DNA of 64,000 nucleotides from a virus (Duplodnaviria; Heunggongvirae; Uroviricota; Caudoviricetes): IMG/VR virus record IMGVR_UViG_3300037067_007156, positions 365,519 to 429,518 of that record; one strand, 5' to 3'. Shown piece by piece: positions 10,561 to 21,866 of this stretch (position 1 is its first letter; each line of letters starts with the position of its first letter). The notes under the pieces were generated by a model. It saw only the letters and a program-made list of their open reading frames with translations, ran no database searches and was not told where the DNA came from. The position numbers and the translations under genes were made by a program.

Positions 10561-12063
10561 AAAATTATATTTTTATTTTTAAGTATATATTAAAAATAAA
10601 AATATATAGATTATTAAGGTTAAAACCAATTACCCTGAGAATCTTGTATAACCGTTTTACCACATCTTGAACAACATCCATTAGAATTGCAACCATCGAA
10701 CCTTTGGACTTTTGGTGTTTTATGCCAACCCCAAAATGTGCAAAACCATTTATTATTGCTAAAACAATCTATAATCGAACAAGGTAAAGCAATTACTATT
10801 AAAATTGGTAACATCCACCATCTTGCTTTGGAAATTTCTTCTTTAAAAGTTCTCATTTTCATTATATAATTTTTTTATATTGTGTTTTTATCATATCTAA
10901 ATTACATTTTACCATCATTTTACCATCTTTTTTATTTAAATCCAAAACTATATAATCACCAAAATATATATATGATATACTTGTGGATGAACCATCGGTA
11001 TCAGAAATAAAAATTACACCGTCATCATTATTTGTTAATCCTATATTTAGATTTTGGAAATCTTTAATATATTCTTTTATTTCATCGATGATGTTTATAT
11101 TACCATTCCATTTATAAACAAGGACATCGTATTTGTATTGATATTTATCCATATTATATTTTGTTATTTAATTTTTTATAATCGTCTATTAATTTTTTCT
11201 TATCAAATAAAAGTATTTTAACATTATTTTTTTTATCATTAACAATTGTTTCAGAAAACCCTGTTTCATCTTTTTCACCGCAAATTATGCGATGATTAAC
11301 TTCTATAATCACCGCAGATTCAAATGGTATTAAATCTTGGCCATATTCAGCATATACACCATAATGTTTTTCTTCTAAATCAACCATAACTACTACACTT
11401 TCATATATATTTCCAGATAAAACACCACAGTTATCATGCATTGTCCAGCGTATTTTATCACCAACTTTTGCAATTTCTTTCACCTTATTCTTTTTCCGAA
11501 GAAAAGAAAATAATTTTTTAATATTAAATATCATGTTTATAATTTTTTTAAAAACAAAAATAACAGCACTAAACATCAAATAAATGATGTATAATGCTGA
11601 TAATAAAGAGAATAATAATGAGTATGATAAAAATTCCATTACTTAGTTATAGTTTATAAAACCATATGCTCAAACCAAGGATTCAATTTTGGATGCCATT
11701 TTAGAAACCCTAATCCCAAACCTGTAATTGTAAATACATACCAAAATATTTCAGTGTAAGCAGGTATTAAAATATAAATCAAAATTAATGCTATGATAAA
11801 AATAAAAATCATCATGGTAAAAAAAATATGTTTTCTTTTCACTGCACACACTTATTTTTTATTTTCCTTTTCGGATTTTCTGTCAATATCACGAACGGTT
11901 TTTTTCCACTCACTCTTCGAACAATACTTGTATCCCATGTCCAGATGTTTTTGAATTTTTTCTTCGGATACTCTAATAACTTCACTGTTTCTTTTTAATG
12001 TTTTCATAATAAACTCCATTATTTTTATTTCTTATATAATAAAAAATAATAAAAGTTTATAAT

Positions 12064-12330
12064 TTATTCTTTAAAAATTCTTTCTATTTTTAGCTTTCTT
12101 ATTTCTTGTATCGATTTTATTTTAAAGTATAAATCATCATAAGATGTTAAAGATATTATATCGTTTTCTTCTAATAATTTTATAACATTTTGTGTTTCTA
12201 CCTCATTTGTTTTTAACAAATTTTGTATAATTTTAAACAAATCTACAAAATATATATACTCGTTTGAATATTTTGATAAAGCATTCGCTATTTTATTAAT
12301 ATTTTTCGAATCATTTAAGTTCATCACCAA
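12064..12330 (-). CDS. small winged-helix-like protein with C-terminal tag
   Basis: ends EIRKLKIERIFKE; resembles neighbour 12311-12613. Confidence 0.55.
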   Translation of the reverse strand: MVMNLNDSKNINKIANALSKYSNEYIYFVDLFKIIQNLLKTNEVETQNVIKLLEENDIISLTSYDDLYFKIKSIQEIRKLKIERIFKE

Positions 12331-12613
12331 ATATTTTATGAAGTTTAACCAATCGTTTTAAACGAATAGATGGTAAAATCATTACTACTTGATTATCTTC
12401 AACTTCTTTCAAATTACTATTAATTTCTACAATATTTTCTTTCTTTAAAAGGTTTACAATAAGTAGAGCCTTTTCATCTGTATTATAACCACAAATGATT
12501 TTAATAGAATTAATTAAATATCTAAAAGACATTATAGAATTTTCACAGTCTACGATAAATTCCATAACATTTTTATAATTTTTTAAACTCTTTTCAAAAA
12601 CCATATAATCCAT
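12311..12613 (-). CDS. small winged-helix-like protein with C-terminal tag
   Basis: ends KRLVKLHKIF; TATTTTTG -7 box at 12627-12634. Confidence 0.55.
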   Translation of the reverse strand: MDYMVFEKSLKNYKNVMEFIVDCENSIMSFRYLINSIKIICGYNTDEKALLIVNLLKKENIVEINSNLKEVEDNQVVMILPSIRLKRLVKLHKIFGDELK

Positions 12614-12688
12614 TTTAATAATATAACAAAAATAAGAAAAAATTTTCCATAGAAAAATTATATATACATAAAAACATATTTTTAATTA

Positions 12689-13567
12689 ATGAAACATATT
12701 TTAACATTGAATGAATATCGAAATCAAATGGAAATACCATTTTTAAATCAACATCCTATACATGACAAACCAACACACATTCATATACTCGATAGATTAG
12801 AAGAAATGTCCGATAAATTAAGAATTAACCCAACTGATTACATATCTGACTGGGATATTAGAGATTTAGATAATGCTTGGGATAATAATTTCGATGAAGC
12901 ATTTAAAAAATATATAGAATATGAAACAAATAATGAAGGTCTTCAATATGAAATAGCTTCAGCTTTTTTAAATGAATATGATATAATAGACAATCAAGAA
13001 TATTTTACTGATGAAATTAAAAACTATATCAAAGAAAATCCAAATTGTAAATCAGTTGATATAATAAACGAATTTAATTTATATAATTATTTATCTGAAT
13101 TTATTGATGATAAAAATGAAAAATTAAAAGAAATTAATCATAAACTCATGCGAGATGTTTTTGAAAATCACTTATATGAAGATAAAGATGTTTATTCTTT
13201 AATCAGAAATAACTTAACAAAAAATGGTTTATTACCTATTTATAGAGCCATTGATTTTAACAAAGGTGAATTTATTGATACTTACACTAAATCAAAAGAA
13301 TATAATGGTGTAGGTATTTTTTGGACTTATGATATAAGAACTGCTGAAGCTCATTGGGGTAGCGGTCATCAAGAAACTTATACATTACATGGTTTAATTA
13401 AACCCGAATATATTAATTGGCCAAATACAATATTTAAGAGTGCATATTCACTGAATCATGAACAAGAAATAGAAACATTAAATAATGTACCAATTCTTAT
13501 TGTTGATATTTTAACAAGTCAGGAAGAATCTATGAATCTTAAAAAACAATTAGTTGTAAAAACCTAA
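12689..13567 (+). CDS. putative ADP-ribosyltransferase-fold protein with N-terminal capsid-targeting-like motif
   Basis: MKHILTLNE; C-terminal IYRAI...GIFWT...A..HWG...EQEI pattern; TATATA motif upstream. Confidence 0.45.
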   Translation: MKHILTLNEYRNQMEIPFLNQHPIHDKPTHIHILDRLEEMSDKLRINPTDYISDWDIRDLDNAWDNNFDEAFKKYIEYETNNEGLQYEIASAFLNEYDIIDNQEYFTDEIKNYIKENPNCKSVDIINEFNLYNYLSEFIDDKNEKLKEINHKLMRDVFENHLYEDKDVYSLIRNNLTKNGLLPIYRAIDFNKGEFIDTYTKSKEYNGVGIFWTYDIRTAEAHWGSGHQETYTLHGLIKPEYINWPNTIFKSAYSLNHEQEIETLNNVPILIVDILTSQEESMNLKKQLVVKT

Positions 13568-14103
13568 TTTTTTTATCTTAAAAATTGTATTTTTTTCTTT
13601 CTTTTAAAAAATTAAGAGCTTTCTTTCTTATGAACAAACATTGAAAAAAATTCATGTTAAGAATATCCAACATAAAATTTTCAGATTCTACATATCTCTG
13701 TGAACAAGAATCCACTTTATCCATTAACCATTTAAGGTCAGATTTTTGTACTTCCATTTTTAATTTTTTAATTTTTTAGAATATAATAATAACCACTCAT
13801 CAAATGATATTTGACTTGCCTTTTCTAATTCAGATAATTCTTTCAACTTGAAATAAAAAATACACCTATAAAAATACCAATTACTATCGACAAACCTACA
13901 ATTAGCAATATGTTCTCAGTTTTTGGTTTAGACCAACCATTTGGGTCTGGTGTACTTTCTTTAACATATACAATCAAAGCAGCCGTACTAACAAATACTA
14001 TTAGTGAAACAAATATTAAAACAATAATTTGCAAAGCATTCATAATTTTCTTTTTTATTTTAAAATTGACCAAATGTTTTAAAAACATCCAATTTTATTC
14101 AAT

Positions 14104-14910
14104 TTAAAACCCGATTGCATCTTCACCATTAAAAACAACACCTACTTTATTTTTTATTTTATTAAAGATGGGTAATTCCAAAATAGAAATATCATTACGT
14201 TCAATGACTAAATTTGGGTTTTTATGTGCATTGTGTTTCAGTGGAAGTTTACTCAATTCCTCAGATGTAAAAGGTTTTGATGTTTTAATTCTTCTCACAT
14301 ATGTACCACGTTTGAATTTAACTGGTAAATCATTCCAGTTAACACCCTTCTCAACCATCATTCTTTCTTGCTTCTCATCACCACTCATATTCATTAAAGA
14401 ATTATGAGAAAATAAACTATAAGCAAGCATTGATATACTATTTTTTGTTGCATCATTTTCTCTCCATAATAGTTGAAGACATGCGTCATGTAAAGTTGGT
14501 ACTTGATAAATCCTACAATCAAAGTTTGCAAATTTATTGTGACTGGGTAAATATTTTTCTCGTTTCGTATTAAAAAAAGTAACACATTTTCCTGTTAACT
14601 TCGATAATATTTTGTGTTTTTTACCTTCATTATAAATGGATATATTTTTATCTTCAGTGTATAAAATCAAGGTTATTTCATCACTCTGTGTATACCCAAT
14701 AATAGCATTTGTTTCCTTAACAAGAAACTTTGTCAATTCCACCATTAAATCAGTCAGGTTTTCATCAAATGGTTTAACTAAACCATTAGTCCAACTACTA
14801 AAATTTTGTCCATCTAAACGGATGATTACGGGTAAAGTTGGAATCATAATTTCTGGTGTGAAATTTTTTTCCAGCCACTTGCACCACTCAGATATACTAT
14901 CTATTTTCAT
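14104..14910 (-). CDS. thg1: Thg1-like tRNA-His guanylyltransferase / 3'-5' polymerase
   Basis: IIRLDGQNFS, YTQSDEITL, FDCR, WRENDATKNSI. Confidence 0.9.
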   Translation of the reverse strand: MKIDSISEWCKWLEKNFTPEIMIPTLPVIIRLDGQNFSSWTNGLVKPFDENLTDLMVELTKFLVKETNAIIGYTQSDEITLILYTEDKNISIYNEGKKHKILSKLTGKCVTFFNTKREKYLPSHNKFANFDCRIYQVPTLHDACLQLLWRENDATKNSISMLAYSLFSHNSLMNMSGDEKQERMMVEKGVNWNDLPVKFKRGTYVRRIKTSKPFTSEELSKLPLKHNAHKNPNLVIERNDISILELPIFNKIKNKVGVVFNGEDAIGF

Positions 14911-14991
14911 TTATTAAAATATTTATGAACAAATATAAATAAAAAATTCGATAAGTTTGTTATCGGATTTGTTTTTATTAAATAATGATTA

Positions 14992-15552
14992 TTAAGCCTT
15001 TGTGAATATCACAAAACCATATTCCAACATATCTTGGGTAAATTCACGAACCATATAATTAGGAAACCAATATACTTCACTATCACTACGACCGTCATCC
15101 ATTAACAAACCATCATCATTGTAATCATAACCATATAATATACCAGGTGCGTCAGTTAAACCAAAACCAACGTCTCCCAAATTTTCAATAAAAAGATAAT
15201 CAGAATTACCCATAACATCTTCGAAATAATCACCAAAATTTCTTTCCTCTATTCCACCTTCATCCTCAACATTTTGTTTACCGTCATCATTTAAGGAAAT
15301 CTTCAGCCCGTTTTCAACTTTTTCGATATCCAAATATCTGTAATGTTCAACATTACCGCCAGCATTTTCATTCACTTTCTTATACTGGTCATATAATTCT
15401 TTATAACCATCTATTTCTTTTGATGCTTTAGAGTGTGAAACAGTTAAATATTCCTTACCGTATTTAGCTTTAGCCAAATCATTCATTTTTTTCAATAATT
15501 TTTCTTTTGAAGTTTCATTCAAGAACTGTTCAAATAGTTTTAAGTGACTCAT
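14992..15552 (-). CDS. hypothetical protein with N-terminal capsid-targeting-like motif
   Basis: MSHLKLFEQFLNE; TTTATATATA upstream (15575-15584). Confidence 0.7.
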   Translation of the reverse strand: MSHLKLFEQFLNETSKEKLLKKMNDLAKAKYGKEYLTVSHSKASKEIDGYKELYDQYKKVNENAGGNVEHYRYLDIEKVENGLKISLNDDGKQNVEDEGGIEERNFGDYFEDVMGNSDYLFIENLGDVGFGLTDAPGILYGYDYNDDGLLMDDGRSDSEVYWFPNYMVREFTQDMLEYGFVIFTKA

Positions 15553-15698
15553 ATTTTTTAATTATATTTTTACTTATATATAAAAAAATAAAAACATTTT
15601 TTACACACTTAATAGTTCTTTTACAATTTGACTGGAATTTTTACCGTCAATTTGAGAGGATATCGGATTCTTTTTAATACTTGTTTTAATAACTTTTG

Positions 15699-16022
15699 CT
15701 AACATTCTATTTCTTTTAATTTTAATAATCTTTCTTCTTTGAGAGTTAATATTGAATGAATATACACTTCATCTATTTCATCAATTTTATATAAACTAAA
15801 CATTATGAAATATGTACCGTCAGGAGTTATAGACTCTGGTATAAAAAAATCGACAATAATTCGATAATCGAAAAAATGGGTTTTCAAATAATAATTTCGT
15901 ATGTTTTTAGCTTCAAAATGATTTGACCTGACCTCGTTAGTTATTTCAGTAATATAATACTTAACGATATTATTTACCCAATCTAAAACTACTTTGTCAA
16001 TATTTACCTTAAAATAATTCAC
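15699..16022 (-). CDS. hypothetical protein with C-terminal tag
   Basis: ends EERLLKLKEIEC. Confidence 0.6.
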   Translation of the reverse strand: MNYFKVNIDKVVLDWVNNIVKYYITEITNEVRSNHFEAKNIRNYYLKTHFFDYRIIVDFFIPESITPDGTYFIMFSLYKIDEIDEVYIHSILTLKEERLLKLKEIEC

Positions 16023-16027
16023 ATTTT

Positions 16028-16696
16028 TTATATAAAACGACCATCTTCCATGACTATGACTCTATCTGCACATTTCTTAACAAAATCCATATCATGTTCT
16101 ATTAATAATACAGCGCAATTTTTAGAGATGTCTTTTATGTGTTGCAATAAAACCTCTTTACTGTCTTTATCAACTCCAGCCGTTGGTTCATCTAACAACA
16201 ATAATTTAGAATCAGTGTATATAGAAGCTAATTTTAATCTTGCTTGCTGGCCAGTTGATAATTCACCACCATTCCCACTATAATCGACATTGGGAAGAAA
16301 TGTATTCAGTTTCGATAATGCTTTATTTTTTATTTCTTTTCTTAGTTTAAAATTGAACAAATCTTTAAACATACTATCATTTCTGGTTTCTGTAATTTCA
16401 GTGGCATCTGTCATCGACATATTTTCAAATATTCCTCTATCTTGGAATGTTCTACTAACTCCAAGTCGTGCAATTTGATGGGGTTTTAATTTCGTAGTGT
16501 CTGTTTCATTAATTGAAATTTTTCCAGAGGATGGTTTTAAAAAACCTGAAATAGCATTAAATAATGTTGTTTTACCACAACCATTTGCTCCAACAATAGC
16601 AACTATTTCATTTGAATTGACTTCTAAAGAAACACCTTTTACTATCTCTTTCTTTCCCCTGTAAACCGACAAATCATTTATTTCTAAAACTTTCAT
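16028..16696 (-). CDS. ABC-family ATPase (LivG/LptB-like)
   Basis: GANGCGKTT, LSTGQ signature, LLLLDEPTAG, IEHD. Confidence 0.9.
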   Translation of the reverse strand: MKVLEINDLSVYRGKKEIVKGVSLEVNSNEIVAIVGANGCGKTTLFNAISGFLKPSSGKISINETDTTKLKPHQIARLGVSRTFQDRGIFENMSMTDATEITETRNDSMFKDLFNFKLRKEIKNKALSKLNTFLPNVDYSGNGGELSTGQQARLKLASIYTDSKLLLLDEPTAGVDKDSKEVLLQHIKDISKNCAVLLIEHDMDFVKKCADRVIVMEDGRFI

Positions 16697-16821
16697 AAGA
16701 ATGGTATTTTATAAATGTTATCCTTTAAATCCAAAATGTTTCATTATCAATATTTGTTTGAAATAATTTCATGTTTTATTTTTGATAAAAATAAGGAAAA
16801 TAAAAATATTAAACAAAATTA

Positions 16822-18619
16822 TTAAATTATTTTTAGTATCCTAATTTTATATTTTCGCATTTCCTTGATAGGATATAAAAAACGTTCATAACTTCCAACT
16901 TTTTCCATTATCATCACATCTTTAAATAAACTTTTAAATAAATTAAATTGTAAAAATAGTCGGTCATGTGTTCGATAAGTTATTTCTACTTCCATCTGAT
17001 ATTGTTTACCAATATCCATTAATTGATATGTATAATGTATGTTATCAGTAATTATATTTTCTATCGTTTGATTAATGATTTCATCAACAAAATTTTCAAT
17101 AAGTTCTGAATCTTCACATATATTTGTATCAAAATATTTCATGTTAAATTAAACCTAATTGTTTTATTTTTAATTTTCTTTCCCAGTTAGGAGGATAAAT
17201 TATAATTTCAAAAGTATTTAAAAGTAAATCATTATGTTGCTTTGCATAATTTTTTTTATATAATTCAAATTTCAATAATGCGTGTTCCAACGTGGATGAA
17301 TTTTCACATACAGCAATTGCGAACATATTTAAATAATAATCTTCACGTTTAAATATTATTTTTTTATAATCAGTGAACGTTTTTATCGCATAATTTGTTT
17401 TTACAAGGCGAAGTTTTAAATTATAAATTTCTTTTTTAATATGATAAATAAATGCAGCTTCTATTCTCTTATTGGTTTCCCAATCATCACCAATAATTTG
17501 AATTTTAATTTCTTTATCGTAATCGTGAACTGTCATTTTAATTCAAGTTTTTCAATTATTTCCATACGTTTTTTAGCTGGGGATAAAAAGTTATACGTGA
17601 TTCTATCTAACATTGTTATTCCCATACCATCTAAATTATTTCTATATAAAGAAAAAGAAATATTAATTACATCCAAAAATTCATCAGTTGAACTAATAAG
17701 CATACTTTCTCGAAGATGATAATCATATGATGATAAATCTAAAATATAATTTGACCTTTCCGATATAACTTTCCTCGAAAAATTATTTATTTTAAAATAT
17801 TGTTCTAAATACGCTACTTGTTTTTTAATAGCTTGATTAAACTCATTTTCAATATAAGAATTTACTTCCTCACTATATTCAGTTATTTTTATCATATAAG
17901 TTCTAATTTTTCAATCTTAAATCTTCTTTCTTTCATTGGAGACATTATCTCAACACTAAAAGATTGTAATCTTTTGTATTTTAAATTATCATTCTTTATC
18001 TTATATAAGATACAAAAGACTTGAACACTATCAATTTTTTCACCATAAGAATTAAATTTCCTTTTTATTACCATATTAAAACCATCATACTCATATTCTT
18101 TATCAATTGATACTATTGTAGTAAGTACACTAGCTCTTATAAAATTACCGTTTAATAATTTCTTATGTAAATCCTGTAAATCCTGATTGAATAGGTAATT
18201 AAAAACATCTTCAATTCGTTTATTGGTCGCCTCATTGTATTGGGTTATTTTAATCATAACAATTCCAATTTTTTAATTTTTAACATTCGTTCCCGTTCCA
18301 ATAAATTTATATATGTTTCAAATTTTTTATAAGAAGTAACTCTACCCATTTTCAATTGATGTGATACGTTCCAACATATGTTGATGTAATGTATTTTTGT
18401 ATTTTTTACTTTATAAGAAATTTCACCATATATACACCACCTGTAACCAGTCGTATGAAATAAATTTATATTTTTTATTTTAGAATTTATAGAAAAATAA
18501 TTAGCTATAATTTCGGTTTCTATCCTTTTCATTGATGATAATACATAATCATTTAATGATTTACTGATAGTCCTATTAGTTTTCTCATCATCATACATAG
18601 TAACGGTGATATATTCCAT
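16822..18619 (-). repeat. tandem array of five paralogous ~110-130 aa ORFs (16822-17142, 17144-17536, 17533-17895, 17892-18257, 18254-18619)
   Basis: shared N-terminal IKITxYxExxNxxIE-like segment and C-terminal ERxxKIxxLELI; overlapping stop/start codons; TATTTTTG at 18636-18643. Confidence 0.75.
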
Positions 18620-18797
18620 GTTTTGTTTTATTAAACAAAAATAAGAAAAATATATTAAGAAATAATATTTTGTTGGAATTTATTTGACATGTATTGGAAA
18701 AAGGTATTTAAAAAGTAAGTGGTGAGTTGAATTCCAATATATTATGTCACAGGTTTACAAACTACTCGCTTCGGTATTTACATACTACACATAAAAG

Positions 18798-18880
18798 TGA
18801 ACAGGTAAGGATTCGAACCTTCGAAGCTCGTAAGTGATTGTTTTACGGTCAATTGCGTTTGACCACTTCGCTACCTATCC
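18798..18880 (-). tRNA. tRNA-Tyr(GTA), atypical (C33, anticodon-stem mismatch)
   Basis: GGATAGG..AGTGGTCAAACGC-ATTGA-CCGTAAA-ACAAT..long V arm..GGTTCGAATCC..CCTGTTC-A. Confidence 0.6.
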
Positions 18881-18944
18881 AAAGAAAAACCCTAAATGAA
18901 AAACATTTAGGGAAAAAAATTCAAATGAAAAATGAAACAAATTG

Positions 18945-19025
18945 AGGTGAGAGAGGGATTTGAACCCTCGAAGCTTTCGCAGTTATTTTGCAGATAACTC
19001 ACTTTGACCACTCATGAATCTCACC
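18945..19025 (-). tRNA. tRNA-Cys(GCA) with long variable arm
   Basis: acceptor GGTGAGA/TCTCACC, U73, stem GTTAT-CTGCAAA-ATAAC, GAGGG-TTCAAAT-CCCTC. Confidence 0.75.
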
Positions 19026-19586
19026 GTATTATTTTTTATGATTTTTAAATTTAACCATCGAAAATGAAACCATACAGTTATTTGAATAAAGTTCATTCGG
19101 GTATTCATAATTACAATAATCTCGTTCAATTAATATGTAATTCTCTTGACTTTTTTCACTTATGACATAATCTGCGTCATAACTGGGAACTGTATCCGAA
19201 TAATAATTTTCTACTTTATCTTCATTTTTACCCAAATATATTCCCATCCATGTAATCGGAACAATTTGAATTAAAACGAATACTACAATAAATATATTAT
19301 TTCTGATGTTTTTCATTATAATCCTTTCTTAACATTAAAACCATTGAATTTCAACATTTCTATTGCATCATTCAAAACTTTGCGTTTACTTATTTCATTT
19401 AATAAAATAGTCATATTCCAATTTGCTTCATTAGCTTTGTTTATATCCTTTTCGGTACTATATAACATCTGTTGTTTGCTTAGTTCGCTGTGTAATTCGT
19501 GTAGCGACATACTACTAACATCAGGTATATTAATTCGTGATTTTTCGTGCAATTCGTTCATTTATTCTCGTATTTGAGTTAAATAA

Positions 19587-19630
19587 TACACCAAAAATAT
19601 TAATAAATATTCTATTAAAAAAATCCTATG
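19587..19630 (-). promoter_or_regulatory. repeated early-promoter module (copy 1)
   Basis: near-identical to 20401-20442 and 20724-20766; contains TATTTTTG -7 box. Confidence 0.6.
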
Positions 19631-19759
19631 ATATAAATATGTGCTGAATATGATTTATAAACTAAAACATGCACTAAACTAAATATAGTGATAGAGATTA
19701 AATAGGAAACAATTGGTAATAACTTTCACATATTTGCGTATATTAACGTTATGGCACAT

Positions 19760-19987
19760 TTAATCCGTCTCAAACACGTCAGTTTGTATATTTCTGTTAG
19801 CAACTTCTATTGCAAATGGTAAATCCAAAGCATCACAATGTGCTTTTTGCCAAAGTGCCTTACCATCTTTATCTCTAACAGAAATAAGTGCAGTTAAATT
19901 GCTTTCCTTCCAAATGAAGATTGTTGCTGTTTTTACTTGAAGTTTTACAGCATTTTGTTTTGTGTCTAAACCGTTAAAATCAACCAT
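19760..19987 (-). CDS. hypothetical protein in a gene-cassette-like unit
   Basis: bounded by an attC-like site (20006-20136) and an attC half-site TGCCATAAC (19748-19756). Confidence 0.55.
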   Translation of the reverse strand: MVDFNGLDTKQNAVKLQVKTATIFIWKESNLTALISVRDKDGKALWQKAHCDALDLPFAIEVANRNIQTDVFETD

Positions 19988-20005
19988 ATTAGTAAAATAA
20001 ACACC

Positions 20006-20136
20006 CTATAACAAGCGGTCATAAACAGCAGGGCGTATATGCTGTAATTAGCCGTGTGCATCTATTCATCATTTGTGGTCGGCTGATTGGATTTTGCACT
20101 TAATCCCTGCCGATTTTATATTCGCAACTGTTATGT
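20006..20136 (-). repeat. attC-like imperfect palindrome
   Basis: minus strand ACATAAC...GCG...GGCAGGG...CCCTGCT...CGC..GTTATAG; the upstream ORF stop lies in the TAAC core. Confidence 0.55.
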
Positions 20137-20400
20137 AGCATTTCTAAAATCCGCATCACCACCATCTCCTTGCATATATTTAGACTCAAATATTACCCTT
20201 TCATTTGCGAAACATTCCCTTTTTCTCTCAAAATCATCATATTTATTTGTCGAATCTAATACTACAAAACGTGACCCAGCGTGTCCGTATATATACAATT
20301 TAACATCCTTGTTTTTTGAAAGTTCATCAACCTCTTCTAATAAGGATATTATTTTAGCTTCGTTCTTTGTAAGTTTTCTCATATTTGAGTTAAATTAATA

Positions 20401-20819
20401 TACACCAAAAATAATAATTAAAATATTATTAAAAAATCCTGTGTATAAATTTAAAATAACTTTAAATTTTTTACCTTGTATATTTACTGATATGGTACAT
20501 TTAAGTGACATCCAGCACTTCTGGAGTTAATCCTAAAACATTTTCACAATACTCCTTACCATAACCTTTTTGACATTCGATTTTCATTATAGTTGGATAT
20601 TTCATAATTGGAAAAGATGATTCTCCGTCTATTGTAATATTTATCAAATCCGTTCCATGTGTGATTAATAGTTGAACTTTTTTCACTTTAATGTTTAATT
20701 CCATAATCATATAATTTAAATAATACACCAAAAATAATAATTAAAATATTATTAAAAAAATCCTGTATTATAAATTTAAAATAACTTTAAATTTTTTACC
20801 TTGTATATTTACTGATATG
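20401..20819. repeat. ~95-bp direct repeat (20401-20494 / 20724-20819) flanking one small ORF
   Basis: duplicated promoter module plus the last 8 codons of ORF 20796-21188. Confidence 0.85.
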
Positions 20820-21188
20820 TTCTCTAATATACTTTCTTATTTCAGTGATATCATCTGGATTATATTCACTGATGAAACCGCTATCGACTAATTCATGAAA
20901 TTCTTTAATATCAATTTTTTCCAATCTTGACGAATTAACATATTCAGCGTGGTCATCTAAATCTTTTTCTACAATCTCACCAGTTGCATCATATAATATA
21001 CCATTTTTATCTTTTGCAAAAGCATGAACTAAGGCTGTATCATAATCATCATCAATTTCTGCTTCATCATCATAATAAAAATACATATCATAACCTAATT
21101 CTTCATGTAGTGCTAATGCAAATAATTCACACCTGCCATGCTCATAAATATCAATATTAAAATCTTCAAATAATTTTATATGTTTCAT
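20796..21188 (-). CDS. papain/transglutaminase-like protein with N-terminal capsid-targeting-like motif
   Basis: MKHIKLFEDF; GRCELFA...VHAF...YDATG (Cys-His-Asp). Confidence 0.5.
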   Translation of the reverse strand: MKHIKLFEDFNIDIYEHGRCELFALALHEELGYDMYFYYDDEAEIDDDYDTALVHAFAKDKNGILYDATGEIVEKDLDDHAEYVNSSRLEKIDIKEFHELVDSGFISEYNPDDITEIRKYIREHISKYTR

Positions 21189-21194
21189 GAAGTC

Positions 21195-21740
21195 TTATTT
21201 TATTTTTTCTAAATATTCAATGAGATATTTAGAATGGCTACCATATATGTAGGCTGGAAAACCATCATATTTTAAATATTGCAACGCCCTTATTCTATGA
21301 TTACCATCTTCTATATCATTCTTTATATCATAAGTCATTGACATTGCATCAAAATACATGGAAACAGGTTTTAATGGTTTATTATCTAAAATTTCTTTAA
21401 CTAATTTAGCAACTCTTAAAACATGTTTATTTTTATTCTGATATGCTGATATATTATTATTGATATCCTTTTCTGGTATGTTAGTCCAATCAACAGATAT
21501 ATCTATGTTTGTTAAATCTTCTTTTAAAGCTTCTTTAATATCTGAATCTTCAATATAATCATAAACATAATTATCACCTAAATAATGTTTCCAATTTTCT
21601 GAATCACTAAAACCGATACCTTTTTTTCCTAATTCAAATGGTACATTATAATAATTTATTTCTTCATTATTAACAACATTTTCATAAAATATGTAATGAC
21701 GTTTTGTTTCTTTAATGAAAAAATTATAATTATATAACAT
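21195..21740 (-). CDS. ParB/Srx-like domain protein
   Basis: P..M...IEDGNHRIRAL; TTAATATATA at 21761-21770. Confidence 0.65.
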   Translation of the reverse strand: MLYNYNFFIKETKRHYIFYENVVNNEEINYYNVPFELGKKGIGFSDSENWKHYLGDNYVYDYIEDSDIKEALKEDLTNIDISVDWTNIPEKDINNNISAYQNKNKHVLRVAKLVKEILDNKPLKPVSMYFDAMSMTYDIKNDIEDGNHRIRALQYLKYDGFPAYIYGSHSKYLIEYLEKIK

Positions 21741-21866
21741 GAAATATATTAGTTTTTAACTATATATTAAATAAAAAATGTGACCTATTATTTTAGATTA
21801 ACTGAAAATTGTTATGTTACATACACGAATTTCAATATTTGAAATTGGATATCACATATAAAACAT

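Noticed and set aside
18715-18790. Possible third Tyr-like tRNA (TTGTAAA loop)
   Set aside because: Stems do not pair; at most a decayed remnant
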